In this document: piece by piece, positions 24,803 through 38,560 of the stretch
Numbering within the stretch: position 1 is the stretch's first letter
Layout: each line of letters starts with the position of its first letter
Source: the human T2T-CHM13v2.0 reference genome, Homo sapiens
Assembly (NCBI RefSeq): GCF_009914755.1
Contig: NC_060934.1
Strand: one strand, 5' to 3'
DNA length: 64,000 nt
Translations under genes and position numbers: made by a program
The notes under the pieces: model-generated
What the model saw: the letters and a program-made list of their open reading frames with translations, nothing else
The model's database searches: none
Told to the model about the DNA's origin: nothing

Positions 24803-27800
24803 TTAGCTCCCACTTATAAGTGAGAACATGTGGTATTTGGTTTTCCATTTCTGTGTTAGTTTGCTAAGGATAATGCACTCCAGCTGCATCCATGTCCCTG
24901 TAAAGAACATGATCTCATTCTTTTTATGGCTGCATAATATTCCATGGTGTATAGGTACCACATTTTCTGTATCCAGTTTATCATTGATGGGCACCTAGGT
25001 TTTTTTTTTTTTTTTGTCTTTGCCATTGTGATACTGCAGTGATGAATATATGAGTTCATGTGTCTTTATGATAGAATGATTTATATTCCTTTGGGCATAT
25101 ACCCAGTCACAGGATTGCTGGGTCGAATGATATTTCTGCCTCTAGGTCTTTAAGGAATTGCCATATTGTCTTCCACAATGGCTGAACTAATTTATACTCC
25201 CACCCACAGTGTAAAATTGTTCCTTTTCCTCAACAACCTCACCAGCATCTGTTGTTTTTTGATTATTTACTAATATGTGAAACGGTATCTCATTTTGGTT
25301 TTGATTTGCATTTCTCTAATGATAAGTGATGTTGAGCTTTTTTTCATGTTTGTTGGCCACGTATGTGTCTTCTTTTGAGAAGTGTCTGTTGTTCGTGTCC
25401 TTTGCCCACTTTTTAATGGGGTTATTTTTTTCTTGTAAATTTGTTTAAGTTCCTTACAGATACTGGATATTAGAACTTTGTCAGATGGGTAGTTTGCAAA
25501 TATTTTCGTACATTCTGTAGGTTGTCTGTTTACTCTGTTGAAGTTTCTTTTGCTGTGCACAGGTTCTTTAGTTTAATTAGATACCATTTTTCAATTTTTG
25601 CTTTTGTTGCAATTGCTTTTGGCACCTTCATCATGACATCTTTGCCTGTGCCTGTGTCCTGAATAGTATTGCCTCAGTTTTATTCTAGGGTTTTTATAGC
25701 TCTGGACTTTATAGTTAAGTCTTCAATCCAAATTGAGTTGATTTTTGTATATAGTGTAAGGAAGAGGTCCAGTTTTAATTTTCTGCATATGGCTGGCCAG
25801 TTCTCCCAGCACCATTTATTAAATAGGAAATCCTTTCCCCATTGCTTGTTGTTGTCAGGTTTGTCAAAGATAAAGTGGTGGTAGGTGTGTGATCTTGTTA
25901 CTCATTCACTATTCTGTTCCATTGGTCTGTGTGTCTGTTCTTATACCAGTGCCATGCTGTTTTGGTTACTGTAGCCCTGTAGTACAGTTTGAAGTCGGGA
26001 AGCATGATGCTTCCAGCTTTGTTCTTTTTGCTTGGGATTGCCTTGGCTATTCGGGCTCTTTTTTGGTTCTATATAAATTTTACAATACATTTTTTCTAAT
26101 ACTGTGAAGAATGTCAATGATAGTTTAACGGGAATAGCATTGAATCTATAAATTTCTTTGAGCACTACGGCCATTTTCACGACATTGATTCTTCCTATCC
26201 ATGAGCATGAAGGTTTTTCCATTTGTTTGTGTCATCTCTAATTTATTTAAGCAGTTATTTATAGTTCTCTTTGAAGAGATCTTTCACTTCCCTTGTTAAC
26301 TGTATTCTTAGGTATTTTATTCTTTTTGTGACAGTTGTTAATGGGAGTTCATTCATGATTTGGCTCTTGGCTTGCCTGTTATTGTTGTATAGAAATGCTA
26401 GTGATTTTTGCACATTGATTTTGTATCCTGAGACTTTGCTGAACTTGTTTATCAGCTTAAGAAGCTTTTCAGTTGAGATGATGGGGTTTTCTAGATATAG
26501 GATTATGTCATCTGCAAGCAAAGATAGTTTGACTTTCTCTCTTCCTATTTGAATATCCTTTACTTCTTTCTCTTGCCTGATTGCCCTAGTCAGAACTTCC
26601 AATATTATGTTGAATAGGAGTGGTGAGAGAGGGCAACCTTGTCTTGTGCCAGTTTTCAAGGGGAATGCTTCCAGCTTTTGCCCATTCAGTATGATATTGG
26701 CTGTGAGTTTGTCATAAATGGCTCTTATTATTTTGAGGTATATTCCTTCAATACCTAGTTTATTGAGAGTTTTTAACAGGAAGTGATGTTGAATTTTATT
26801 GAAGGCCTTTTCTGCATCTATTGAGATAATTATGTGGTTTTTGCCCTTAGTTCTGTTTATGCGATGAATCACATTTATTGATTTGCATATTTTGAATAAG
26901 CCTTGCATCCCAGGGATGAAGCCTACTTGATCGTTGTGGAGAAGCTTTTTGATGTGCTGCTGGATTTGGTTTGCCAGTATTTTGTTAAGAACTTTTGCGT
27001 CAATGTTCATCAAGAATATTGGCCTGAAATTTTCTTTTTTATTGTATCTCTGCCAGGTTTTGGTATCAGGATGATGCTGGCCTCATAGAATGAGTTATGG
27101 ACGAGTCCCTTCTTTTCAATTTTTTGGAATAGTTTCACTAGGAATGGTACCAGCTCTTCTTTGTAACTCTGGTAGAATTCAGCTATAAATCTGCCTGGTC
27201 CTGGGCTTTTTTGGGTTGGTGGACTATTTATTACTGCTTCAGTGTCAGAATTGTTATTGGTCTGTTCACATATTCAATTTCTTCCTGATTCAATCTTGGG
27301 AGGGTACATGTGTCCAGGAATTTAACTATTGCTTCTATATTTTCTAATTTATGTGCATAGAGTTGTTTATAGTATTCTCTGATGGTTGTTTGTATTTCTG
27401 TGGGGTCAGTGGTGATATCCCCCTTATCATTTCTGATTATGTTTATTTGAATCTTGTCTCTTTTCTTCTTTATTAGTCTAGCTAGTGGTCTATTTTATTA
27501 ATTTTTTTGCAGAAAAACAACTGCTGGATTTGTTGATTTTTGAAGGTATTTTTTTGTGTCTCTATTTCCTTCCAGTTCACCTCTGGTCTTAGTTATTTCT
27601 TGTCTTCTGCTAGCTTTGGGGCTTGTTTGCTCTTGGTTCTCTAGGTCTTTTAGTTATGATGTTAGGTTGTTAAATTGAGATCTTTCTAGCTTTTCAATGT
27701 AAGCATCTAGTGTTGTAAATTTCCCTCATAACACTGCTTTGGCTGCCTCCCAGAGATTCTAGTACACTGTATCTTTCTTCTCATTAGTTTCAAAGAACCT

Positions 27801-28600
27801 CTTGATTTCTGACTTACTTTCATTTTTTCCCCAAAAGTCATTCAGGAGCAGGTTGTTCAATTTCCACGTAGTTGTATGGTTTTTAGTTAACTTCTTAATC
27901 TTGAATTCTAATTTGATTGCTCTGTGGTCTGAGGACTGCTTGTTATGATTTCAGTTCTTCTGCATTTGCTGAGGACTCTTTTACTTCCAATTATGTGATC
28001 AATTTTAGAGTAAGGCCACGTGGCAATGAGAAGAATGTATATTCTTTTGTTTTGGGGTGGAGAGTTCTGTAGATGTCTATCAGGTCCACTTGATTCAGAG
28101 CTTAGTTTAGGTCTTGAATTTCTTTGTTAAATTTCTGTCTTGATGATGTCTACTATTGACAGTGGGGTATTAAAGTCTTCCACTATTATTGTGTGGGAGT
28201 CTAAGTCTCTTTGTAGGTCTCTAAGAACTTGCTATGTGAATATGGGTGCTCCTGTATTGGGTGCATATAGGATAGTTAGCTCTTCCTGTTGAATTGAACC
28301 CTTTGCCATCATGTAATGCCCTTCTTTGCTTTTTTGATCTTTGTTGGTTTAAGTCTGTTTTGTCAGAAACTAGGATTGTAATTCCTGCTTTTTTCTATTT
28401 TCCATTTACTTGGCAAATTTTCCTCCATCACTGTATTTTGAGCCTAAGTGTATCTTTGCACCTGAGATGGCTCTCTTGAAGACAGCAGACTGATGTGTCT
28501 TGACTCTTTATCTTGCTTGCATTCTATGTCTTTTAATTGGGGCATTTAACCCATTTACATTTAAGGTCAGTATTGTTATGTGTGAATTTGATTCCATCAT
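24803..28600 (-). pseudogene. Disrupted L1 ORF2 (endonuclease / reverse transcriptase)
   Basis: Starts MMESNSHITILTLNVNG (cf. L1 MTGSNSHITILTLNVNG); 252-aa open piece 26255-27013 has RT motifs [15 protein letters not shown] and LADD; C-terminal MFSLISGS*; many stops and frameshifts between pieces. Confidence 0.93.
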
Positions 28601-28659
28601 CATGATGCTAGCTGGTTATTTTGCAGACTTGTTTATGTGGCTGCTCCATAATGTCACTG

Positions 28660-29678
28660 GTCTGTCTACTTCAGTGTGTTTTTGTAGTGGCTGGTAACAG
28701 TTTTTCCTTTCAGTATTTAGTTCTTCCTTCAGGAGGCTTTGTAAGGCAGGTCTGGTGGTAACAAATTTCTTCAGCATTTGCTTGTCTGAAAAGGATCTTA
28801 TTTCTCCTTTGCTTATGAAGCTTAGTTTGGCAGGACATGAAATTCTGGGTTGGAAATTCTTTTCTTTAAGAATGTTGAATATTGGCTCCAGTCTTTTCTG
28901 GCTTGTAGGGTTTCTACTGAGAGGTCTGCTGTTAGTCTGATGTTCCTTTTGTAGGTGACGTGGCCCTTCTCTCTGGCTTCCCTTAACATTTTTTCTTTCA
29001 TTTTGATCTTGGAGAATCTGATGATTATGTGTCTGGTGGTTGATCTTCTCATGGAGTATCTTACTGGAGTTGTCTGCATTTCTTGATTTTGAATGTTGGC
29101 CTGTCTTAGAAAAGTTCTCCTGGATGATATCCTGAAATATGTTTTCTAAATTGGCTCCATTCTCCCTGTTTCCTTCAGGTACCCCAGTTAGTTGTAGATT
29201 TGGTCTCTTTACATAATCCCGTATTTCTCAGAGGTTTTATTCATTCCTTCTCATTCTTTTTTTTCTCTATTCTTGTCTGCCTGTCTTATTTCAGAAAGAT
29301 ACTCTTTAAGCTCCAAGATTCTTTCCTCCGCTTGGTCTATTCTGCTATTAATACTTGTGACTGCATTGTGAAGTTCTTGTGGTGTGTTTTGCAGCTCCAT
29401 CAGGTTGGTTATGTTCCTCTCCATACTGGCTATTTTGGCTGTCAGCTCCTGCATTGTTTTATCCTGATTCTTAGTTTCTTTGAATCGGGTTACAATATCT
29501 CCTTTAGCTCAGCAAAATTTGTTTTTATTCACTTTCTGAAGCCTACTTCTGTCATTTCAGCCATCTCAGCCTCAGCCCAGTTCTGAGCCCTTACTAGAGA
29601 GGTGTTGCAGTTATTTGGAGGAGAGGGGGCCCTCTGGATTTTTGAGTTTTCAGCATCTTTATGTTGATTCTTTCTCAT
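28660..29678 (-). pseudogene. Disrupted L1 ORF1
   Basis: ATG at 29678 (MRKNQHKDAENSK), coiled-coil piece RIDQAEERILELKEYL, RHIIIRFSK...IRLTADLSVETLQARKDW; split across frames. Confidence 0.9.
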
Positions 29679-30585
29679 CTTTGTGGGCCTATCTACCTTT
29701 GATTTTTGAGGCTGCTGACCTTTGGATGGAGTTTTTGGTTTTGTTGTTGCTGTTGTTTGTTTTTCTTCTAAAAGTCTACCCATTCTTTCGTAGGGCTGCT
29801 GCCGTTTTCTGGGAATCCACTCCAGATCTAGTCACCTCAGTTCTTCAAGTACCTGGAGGTATCACCAGTGGAGGCTGTGAAATGGCATAGATGGCAGCCT
29901 GTGCCTTCCTCTGGAAGCTCCATCTGAGGGGTGTACTGACCTGTTGCCAGCCTCAACACGCCTGTAAGAGGTGGCTGGAGGACCCCAGTTGGGAGTTCTC
30001 ACCCAGTCAGGTGAAAGGGTATCAGGGACTCACTTAAAGAAGCAGTCTGACTGCTTTTTGGTAGAGCAGCTGTGCTGTGTTGGTGAAATCCTTCACTGGA
30101 TCTCTTCAGCCCCCAGTCAGTTTGGTCTCTCCAAGGCCCATAGGCTGGACTGGCTGAGATACCCAAACAGTCAAGGTGGTGGCCTGCCCTGCCCCCTGGG
30201 CACTCTGCCCCAGGGAGAAATTAGAACTCAGTCAGCTGTAGAACATGGGTGGGGATGGCCAGAGGCCCTGGTTGGGAAGACCCACCCAGTGAGGAGAAGT
30301 GGATGTGGGCCCCATTTAAAAAGCAGTCTGACCATGCCTTGACAAAATAGCCATGCTGGGGAACTGCTTCTGCCGTGGTCAGCCTGGAGAACCCACAGGT
30401 TGGAATGGCTGAGTTGCCCAAATAGCCAAGGTGATGGGGCCTCCCCTCCCCGCAGGCACTGTCCCAGGGAGAGATCAGAGCTCTGTCCGTAGAATATGGG
30501 TAGGCAAGGGTAGCTGGAGGCTCTGGCTGGGAGGTCCCACCTAGTGAGGGGGAGTGGGTTGAGGTCCCACTTAAAGAAGCAGTCT

Positions 30586-30846
30586 ACTTTGGGAGGCCGA
30601 GGTGGGCGGATCACCTGAGGTCAAGAGTTCGAGACCAGCCTGGCCAACATTGGCGAAACTACGTCTCTACTAAAAATACAAAAATTACCTGGGCATGGTG
30701 GCAGGCATCTGTAATCCCAGCTACTTGGGAGGCTGGGACAGAAGAATCACTTGAACCAGGGAGGCAGAGGTTGCAGTGAACCTAGATGGTGCCATTTGCA
30801 CTCCAGCCTGGGCAACAGAGTGAGACTCCGTCTAAAAGAAAAAAAA
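30586..30846 (+). mobile_element. AluS (about 35 bp 5'-truncated) inserted in the L1 5'UTR
   Basis: Begins ACTTTGGGAGGCCGAGG; flanked by duplicated AAGCAGTCT (ending 30585 and 30855) at a TT/AAAG site. Confidence 0.93.
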
Positions 30847-31598
30847 AAGCAGTCTGACCAGGTTCAGGCAAAGCAGCGGTACTGCACTGGGGGGACCTTT
30901 CCTCATCGGGACCATTTGGAGTCTCCAAAGCCCGCAGGCTGGAATGATTGAGTTGACCAAACAGCAGAGATAGCAGCCCACCCCTTTTCAGGGGCTCTAT
31001 CCCATCTCAGGCAGGCTCCACCCTGTTGCTGGTGGCTGGCTGGAATTCTGAGTCAGTGGGTCTTATTTTGTGATGTGCAGTAGAAGCAGAGCCCACAGAC
31101 CAACGCTGCTCGTCTCCCTGCATTCTCCCCCCTTCCTGGGGGTATGTACAGACCTCCCACCTTGGCGGGGATCCTGGGGCAGAGTATGTCAAGTTCTCTG
31201 TGTGCCTGAGCAGCTGCTCTGCTGAGACTACACAAGTCTGTGTGTCAGACCCAACGCCCTGCTGGTGTGGGCTCACGAGGGGATCTCCTGCTCTGAGGAT
31301 TGCAGAGATCCATGGGAGAAGCGTGGTTTCCTGGGGCCTCACATTCGCTCACCATTTTCCTCGGCTGGGGTAGAGGTTCCCTTGGCTCCATGTCACTCGC
31401 AAGTGGGCTATCGCTCTGCCCTGATTTTCTTCATCCTCCAAGGGTTCAGTTGTTTCACTATCAGTCCCAAGGCCAGAGCCTGGATATTCCAGTTGAAGGT
31501 GCTGTATCCATTCGCCCCCTTCGTTCCTCTCTGTGAGCGCCACGAACCACAGCTGCTTCCATTCAGTAATCTTGGCCCCTCCTCCATTCGTTTTTTCT

Positions 31599-33490
31599 AA
31601 ACACTCCTTCTTACCTTCTGGGACTACAAGATGCTCCACACTCATCTTGTATATTTTCTGCTTCAGTCCCACAACCAGCAGTTTATCCAAGCAGCTGTGG
31701 TTCCTTTTATTGGAGGATAATACTAGAAACCAAGATCTGGGTGCCAAGTATGCCCATTGCTCCTGGGTGTTGTTCTTCTCAGCCCACTGAGCTAAGAAGA
31801 AGGAAATATATGCACCAGATGATGTACTTTAACTGCTTAAATACACTTGTCTCTATATATTTCTACATGAGCCCATCTCTATCTGTGTTAAGCTAAATAT
31901 GGGTTCATACCGATGTCTCCAACTCTAGTCCACTACCATATAGATCATTACAGCCTCCTTTCCTAACCTACCTGTAAACCCACACTCCCATGACTTCCTT
32001 AACCACCATTCATTTACTCAGTTGTTCAATTCTAGTATACATATATACCAGTATCAGAATTGTTAACCCAGACCCTGTGGAAAATAACTGTATTGACTAC
32101 AGTTCACTGTTCATGTGAAACTCTCTTTGCCTTCAGGCTTATAGAGTCCACACATTTCCAGAGTTACTAAGGTCAGCACCTTTTCCCCCTCCCACTCCCT
32201 TCAGTGCAGTGATTTCATGCATTTGTAATACAATTACATTCTTTTTCTTTTCTCTCCAGGCTACATTCTGTCCTGATATCCACCAAACTCCTAAACAACT
32301 TTAAAAATACCTGCACTCATGAAGATATTTAATAATAGGGCAACTTTTCAACACTCCACCTCTTCTGTCCTGTCAACTGCTGATCTTTCACACGGTTATT
32401 ACTATAGCTTTGCCTTTTCCAGAATGCAATTTAATTGGACTCATACAATCTGTAGCTTTTTCATACTGGCTGTTTTTTGAGTGAGATTCCTCCATGCGTT
32501 TTCATGACTTGATAGTTCATTTATTTTTATTGCTGAATAATATTCTATTGTATGAAGGCACCACAATGAGTTCATCCATTCACCTATTGAAGGACATCTT
32601 GGTTGCTTTTAGTTTGGGTGATTATGAATAAAGTTTCTGTAAACAATTTGTGTACATCTGATTGTGTGGACATCAATTTTCAAATCAGTTGGATAAATAT
32701 CTAAGAGTTCGATTGTTGGATCATATGATAAAACTGTGCTTAGCTTTGTAAGAAAACTGCCAAGCTCTTTTCCAAAGTGAGTGTACCATTTTCATTTCCA
32801 CCAGTAATAAATGAGAGTTCCTGTTATTCTGCATTCTGGCCACCATTTAGTATTGTCTGATTTTTAAATTTTAGTCCTTCTAAATGGTAGTATGGCTTAT
32901 GGTGGTATCTCATTTTTATTTTAACTTGCAAGTCTCTAGTGACTAATGCTGTTGAACATGTTTTCTTCTTATTTTTTCTCCTGTATATCTTCTTTGGTAA
33001 GGTGTCTGTTGAGACTTTTCGACCATTTTCTAACTGGGTTTTCGTTTTGTTATTTTTGAGTTTCAAGGGTTCTTTGTATTTTTGGATACAATTTCTTTAT
33101 TTGATCATGTTTTGCAGATATGGTCTTCCAGTGTGTAGCTTGTCTTTCTATTATCTTAACAGCCTCTTTGGCAGAGCAGAAGTTTTTTATTTTAATGGAG
33201 TTCAATTTGTCAATATTTTCTTTCATGGATTATGCTTTTGATATTATATTAATACACTCATCACCAAAACCAAGATCATATAGATATTTTATGCTTTTTT
33301 CCTGGAACTTTTGTGGTTTCATATCATACTTTTAGCTTTGTAATTCATTTGAGTTAATTTTTTTATGAAACATACAGGATTTGAGTGTAGGCTAATTTTT
33401 TTTGTACAATTGTTTGTACATTTTTTGAAGTGACTACCCTTTTCCACTAAATTATCTTTGCTCCTTTGTCAAGAATCAGTTGATTTTTTC
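31599..33490 (-). mobile_element. L1MC-type LINE-1 (second piece of the split element)
   Basis: Resumes immediately after the TSD with CTTACCTTCTGGGACTACAAGATGCTCC...GAAACCAAGATCTGGGTGC; ORF2 C-terminal remnant at 32824-33066. Confidence 0.8.
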
Positions 33491-33857
33491 CTTTGATTGA
33501 GAAGTTACATGAAGAAATACCAATTATTGCTTTCATGCATTATAGGCTAATTGATAATGTATAATGAACTTTTGTTAGGTAATTAGAACATTTGTTTTAG
33601 CACTGATTAAAATGAAAGGGTGAAGAGGAATAAGAAAAGAGATATTAATAAAGAATGAAGTAAACTGGTATCATATCTGGCTCTACACTAAGTTTATGGA
33701 ATAAAAGTGGCTTGATCCTATACCAAGTTAAGAAGACCAAAGGAAGGAAGCATCCAAACACTCTACACATTTATTGTGAGCTGGAGTTAAGAGTGGACTT
33801 GGAGTAGATGTGAGGTCAGGCTGTCTGTACTGGGGCTGCACATCAGATGAACTAGCA

Positions 33858-34317
33858 TGTGAAGGTTAATTCATGTGTCAACTCGGCTGGGCCACAGGGT
33901 GCCCGTGTATTTGGTCAAACATTAATACAGGTGTTTCTCTGTGGCTGTGTTTGGATGAGATTAACATTTAAGTTTGTAGACTGAACTACGCAGAGTGACC
34001 TCGTCCAATCAGCAGAAGGCCTGAATAGAATAAAAAGGTGACCTTCCCTAAGTAAAAAAGAATTCTTCCTCTGTGTTGACCTTCAGAGCAGGACATCAGC
34101 TTTTCCCTGCCTTTGGGCTCTCTGGCTTCTCAGGCCTTCAGACTTGGATTGGAACCAGACCATCTGCTTTCCTGAATCTCCAACTTGCCAGCTAACCCTG
34201 CAGACCTTGGGGCTTGCCAGCCTCCATAATTCCTTGAGCCAATTCTTTATAATCGCTCTCTTTATACATATACACATCCTATCAATTCTGCTTCTCTGGG
34301 GAACCCTGAGTAGTACA
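33858..34317 (+). mobile_element. MLT2 (MLT2D-like) ERVL solo LTR
   Basis: TGTGAAGGTTAATTCATGTGTCAACTCGGCTGGGCCAC start, GGCCTGAATAGAATAAAAAGG, end TCTCTGGGGAACCCTGAGTAGTACA. Confidence 0.88.
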
Positions 34318-35181
34318 TCAAGTTTTCTTTTAGTTTTCTGTTCTGTAAACATACATTGCCACTTTGTGGAAGAGACACATCATCGTGGCAGAAGAGGATT
34401 CTTTCTGGTCGAAAGGCTGAGTCTACAACTGGACCACGACCCCCTCATCCCTCTCCTACCTGATATCCTAGGATAGAAAGCCACAGCCACGCAGGCTGGG
34501 GAAGCCTGAGTCACACACCTGAGTATGTTTTGGTTTGCTGCCATTGCCCTTCTGGGCTATGTTAATTTGCAGTATCAGCTAAGCCAGCAAGGTTTTTCTG
34601 AATAAGGAAAACAGGAGCAGGGTTCCCACATGAGCAATGTGAGACTTGGGAAGTGGACCACCACCTTGCCTCATTCCTACCCTTGTGAGTGCTGGCCTTG
34701 ACTGATTTTAGAATTGCTACAAGAGAAGCTAACCTCTGCAATTCAACAGGGTCCCAGATTTGGAGCCTTGGAAGCGAATTTGCTCAAGGCAAAGATCCAA
34801 GTTTTCATTCTGCTTGAACGGAAGAGAGAGAGTAAAAGAGAAAAATGGCTGCATTGAGGACAGAAGACAGACTCCATTTCACCTCCGTCTGTGTTAGCAG
34901 TTAATTTCTTCTCAAGAGGGACATTAAGTCTTTTTACCTGGCAGACAGGCTATGGCTGTTTCAACCCAGTGTGGGCCATGGAATGGAATGAATGATTAGA
35001 TTTTGCATTAGTCGTAGAAAGACAAGGTGTGCATTATTTTCCCTTGCATTTCGTCATGAAATATAGGCTGTCCTTCCACTGAGTATTTGCTTAACCAGGT
35101 CATAGGAATTCTTAATTCAAAAAGAGGAAAAAGCAACGTCTGAGAGCGAGGACCAGCACATTTGAGAACATTTGCAGGTGA

Positions 35182-35638
<457 letters not shown>

Positions 35639-38369
35639 AAAAATTGTACATTTCTATAGATGGTAAAATGTCATTTGCTTGTATCTCATAAACTTCAAAC
35701 ATAATAATTTAAATGCTGTACTGTGAAAATAATTAGAAATAAATTATTTAGTGAGTTTTTAGGTTTTTACTTTATTTGAATTTCTAGTCAAAACTCAATA
35801 GCTTTTAAATGTTATGAATTCAAGAGAAGACCTACAATGTCCTCCACTCTCGCTTCCACATTAATTTTTACATGTAGAAACACATTTTTAATATTTCTGT
35901 TACATTCTTATGATCACAGAGCCTTATGGAGAATTGTTACTTTTGTTACTCACCTCATTTTGCCAATTATTGTCCATTTATATTATTGTTCAAAGTTATG
36001 CTGTCTCTGAAGTAATGAAATTTACATTCTAGAGAACAGAAATGTCTGGAGTGAAGAGTGTTTCAATCAAGTATACGACCCTGAATATAACCTTGGCGTA
36101 GAGTTGACCCAGCCCGGTGCCTAGTCATAGCGTGTAATGCCTGAGAACACAGCAGAGCACAGGGAATCATCAGTCAGTACTTGTTGAATGGGCCTTCTTC
36201 CTCCCTCCACCCACCCAGAATCAGTGGGAAAATTGTAACCACTTTTTCTCTACTTACATATAGCAAGGGCACTGCAGATGTATCAGACTGTCTCACATTA
36301 CAGGGAAAGAGGCCGAAGTAAAGTTCCAGGAAAATGTTGGTGGTATTTCAGAAAAATGAGAACGTATTTCTGAATGTTAGAAATGAGCAAATTAATTTCA
36401 GAGAAAAGGAAATATCCCTCCTGTCATGATTGCAAGTTTTATGGCTGAAAAAATACGATTCACCAAGTTTCAATATTATGTTAGTACCAAGAAAGCTTTT
36501 CCTGCGTTGGTAAAACTCTGAATTGCTCACATTCTTACTATGTATATTACAAAAATGTAAGAAGGGATCTCCTTGTGATATTCTTTAAAAACGTATTTTC
36601 TATGTTCACCACTTTCGGTGCCAGGACGAATGAATGTGTGACTCTCTAGCTTCAGTAATGGAGCTTCCTTGGTTGGTTCCTTTAATTGGTTGGTTTTAAA
36701 TAAAGTTATTGAGAAGCTCAAAGTATGGTCGTTGGTTGAAGAAAGATGTTTAACCCCTAGAAAATAAGGAAATATCTCCTTTGTGGAACATGTGGACCCA
36801 TTCTGAGAACTATAAAGCATTAATGTCTCTATAAATATCATAAAGCATTCAGAGTGAAAACTATTTTTGGTTAGTAGCTTATTAGGTCTCAGTTCCTGCA
36901 TGTGCTTTTGCAACATAGTTATTGGTCTTTTATTAAGACCTAAAACTTCACTTAATTACATTGGGGTACATTCAGAGCATGATTCCTGATTACCCAATAT
37001 AGTTCTGAGACTGAAATTGTTGTAGTTTCAGTTATACATGATCAAACAAATAATACTCTCACGTAACATGTTTCAGGCTCCTCTTAATTTCCTTTCCATG
37101 CAGGCATCTGGTTTTAAATTTGGCTCCATGTCAGTCTTGAAGGGCAGTATTCAAAAGACCGGAGCCTGTCCCAGCTGCTGACCTTAGCCAGGGGATGTCA
37201 GAACAGCAGGGCCATGGTAGGTTTGCTTTCAGAGCCTTATTTAATTTTGGTTGTTGGCTCAGCTTGCTCATCAGAGACTGCTATTTCCAGCTGCACTGCA
37301 AGCTCTCCCACAGTTTAATTCTTTGCTTATTTTTTTTTTTAGAAATCCTCCATCCAAGGACCACAATAATGTGCCAAAAGATGAGGGTGACTTCACACCT
37401 CAGCTAATTCACATCTGCAAAGAGGGAAAACAATTTGCAACTGAATCCAGCCTCACTAATACCATCCTAGCAAATTCTCCCCATCAGCCAATCTGGAGGC
37501 TACTGGCAAAGCCAGACTTTGTCTCAAGAGATGTAGATGTGGTATAATATGCAAATACAACATGCTACATGTTTATTGGTTTGTCTGACATGCTTATAGA
37601 GTCTATACAGCTAATGAATTAAAATGAATCTTGTGCTAAAAAGCATCTAGTAGAAAAATTATGCATACTTAAAATTTATACTGTTAGGATATACTCACCT
37701 TGGACATACACGTAATAGAAATACTTTTACCATTCATATATTTATTAAGTACCCTATATCACTGTGATCTGAACTTTGTGAACACAGTGGGATAAATGTT
37801 ATTATTGTTAGCTGATGTCAGTATTTAAAGAGATCCTCAAATAAATTGTCATGACAGAAAAATATATTTATTGTACACTCAGTATAGAGCAAGCAAGAAT
37901 CTAGACTTTGAAGAGACAATAGGCTACCAGACAATCAGAATCTTTGCTTTCATGGAGTTTGGAGGTCTCTGTGTGTTTAAGTGTGTGTTGAGGGGGTGAT
38001 AGTCAGTAAACAGGTAAGTAAACAATTATGTATAAAATTAGTGACGAGAATTATCCAGAAAATTAAAATCGGGTCATGTGACAGGGAGGAATGGGTGTGT
38101 ACTTTGGAATAGTCAAGTATTCAGGGAACAGGCTTTTGTAGAGATATTTAAATTTATTCAGACAAGAAGGCTTCAAGCATTGGGTGGATCTGGTACAGGA
38201 ACATTCTGGGTGGGGAGAATAGCCTGTTCGAAAATCCCAAGGCAGGAATGAACTTGGCCTATTCAAAGAACAGATGAAAAGCTGTTTAGTAGCTGGAGAG
38301 TAGCAGGTGATAGAGAGAGGGAAGGAGAAGAGGAGAGGGAGGGAGAAGTGAATGAAAACATTAATTGCA

Positions 38370-38560
38370 CTAACACTGTGAACTGTGTGTCTGGAGCTAT
38401 GCCAAGCACTTTGCATCTATAAACACATTTCATCTTTGTAATAGCCTGCGAGGTGGTTTCTCGCATTCTCTTCATTTTGTAGATAAAGAAACCAAGACAT
38501 AGAGCAATATATATATAGAGAGAGCAATATATATATACATATAGCTTGTCTCAGGTCACA
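38370..38560 (-). mobile_element. MIR fragment containing a 20-bp tandem duplication (38501-38540)
   Basis: GCCAAGCACTTTGCAT...CATTTTGTAGATAAAGAAACCAAG...CTTGTCTCAGGTCACA; AGAGCAATATATATATA occurs twice. Confidence 0.65.

Larger units (their letters stand above)
24586..31580 (-). mobile_element. Full-length decayed L1PA11-14-like LINE-1
   Basis: 3' end TTTTAAGTTCAGGAGTACATGTGCAGGATGTGCAGG; ORF2 and ORF1 remnants; ~1.9 kb 5'UTR; minus-strand 5' end GGGGCCAAGATTACTGAATGGAAGCAGC; 18-bp TSD with 2 mismatches CC(A/T)CCATT(A/C)GTTTTTTCT at 24568-24585 and 31581-31598. Confidence 0.93.

Noticed and set aside
29971-31790. Several 110-132-aa ORFs, including possible ORF0-like antisense frames
   Set aside because: All lie in the GC-richer L1 5'UTR, the Alu or the junction; none resembles ORF0 as I know it.
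34930-34960. TTACCTGGCAG resembling the U1 snRNA 5' end
   Set aside because: Match is only ~11 nt and the rest of U1 is absent.
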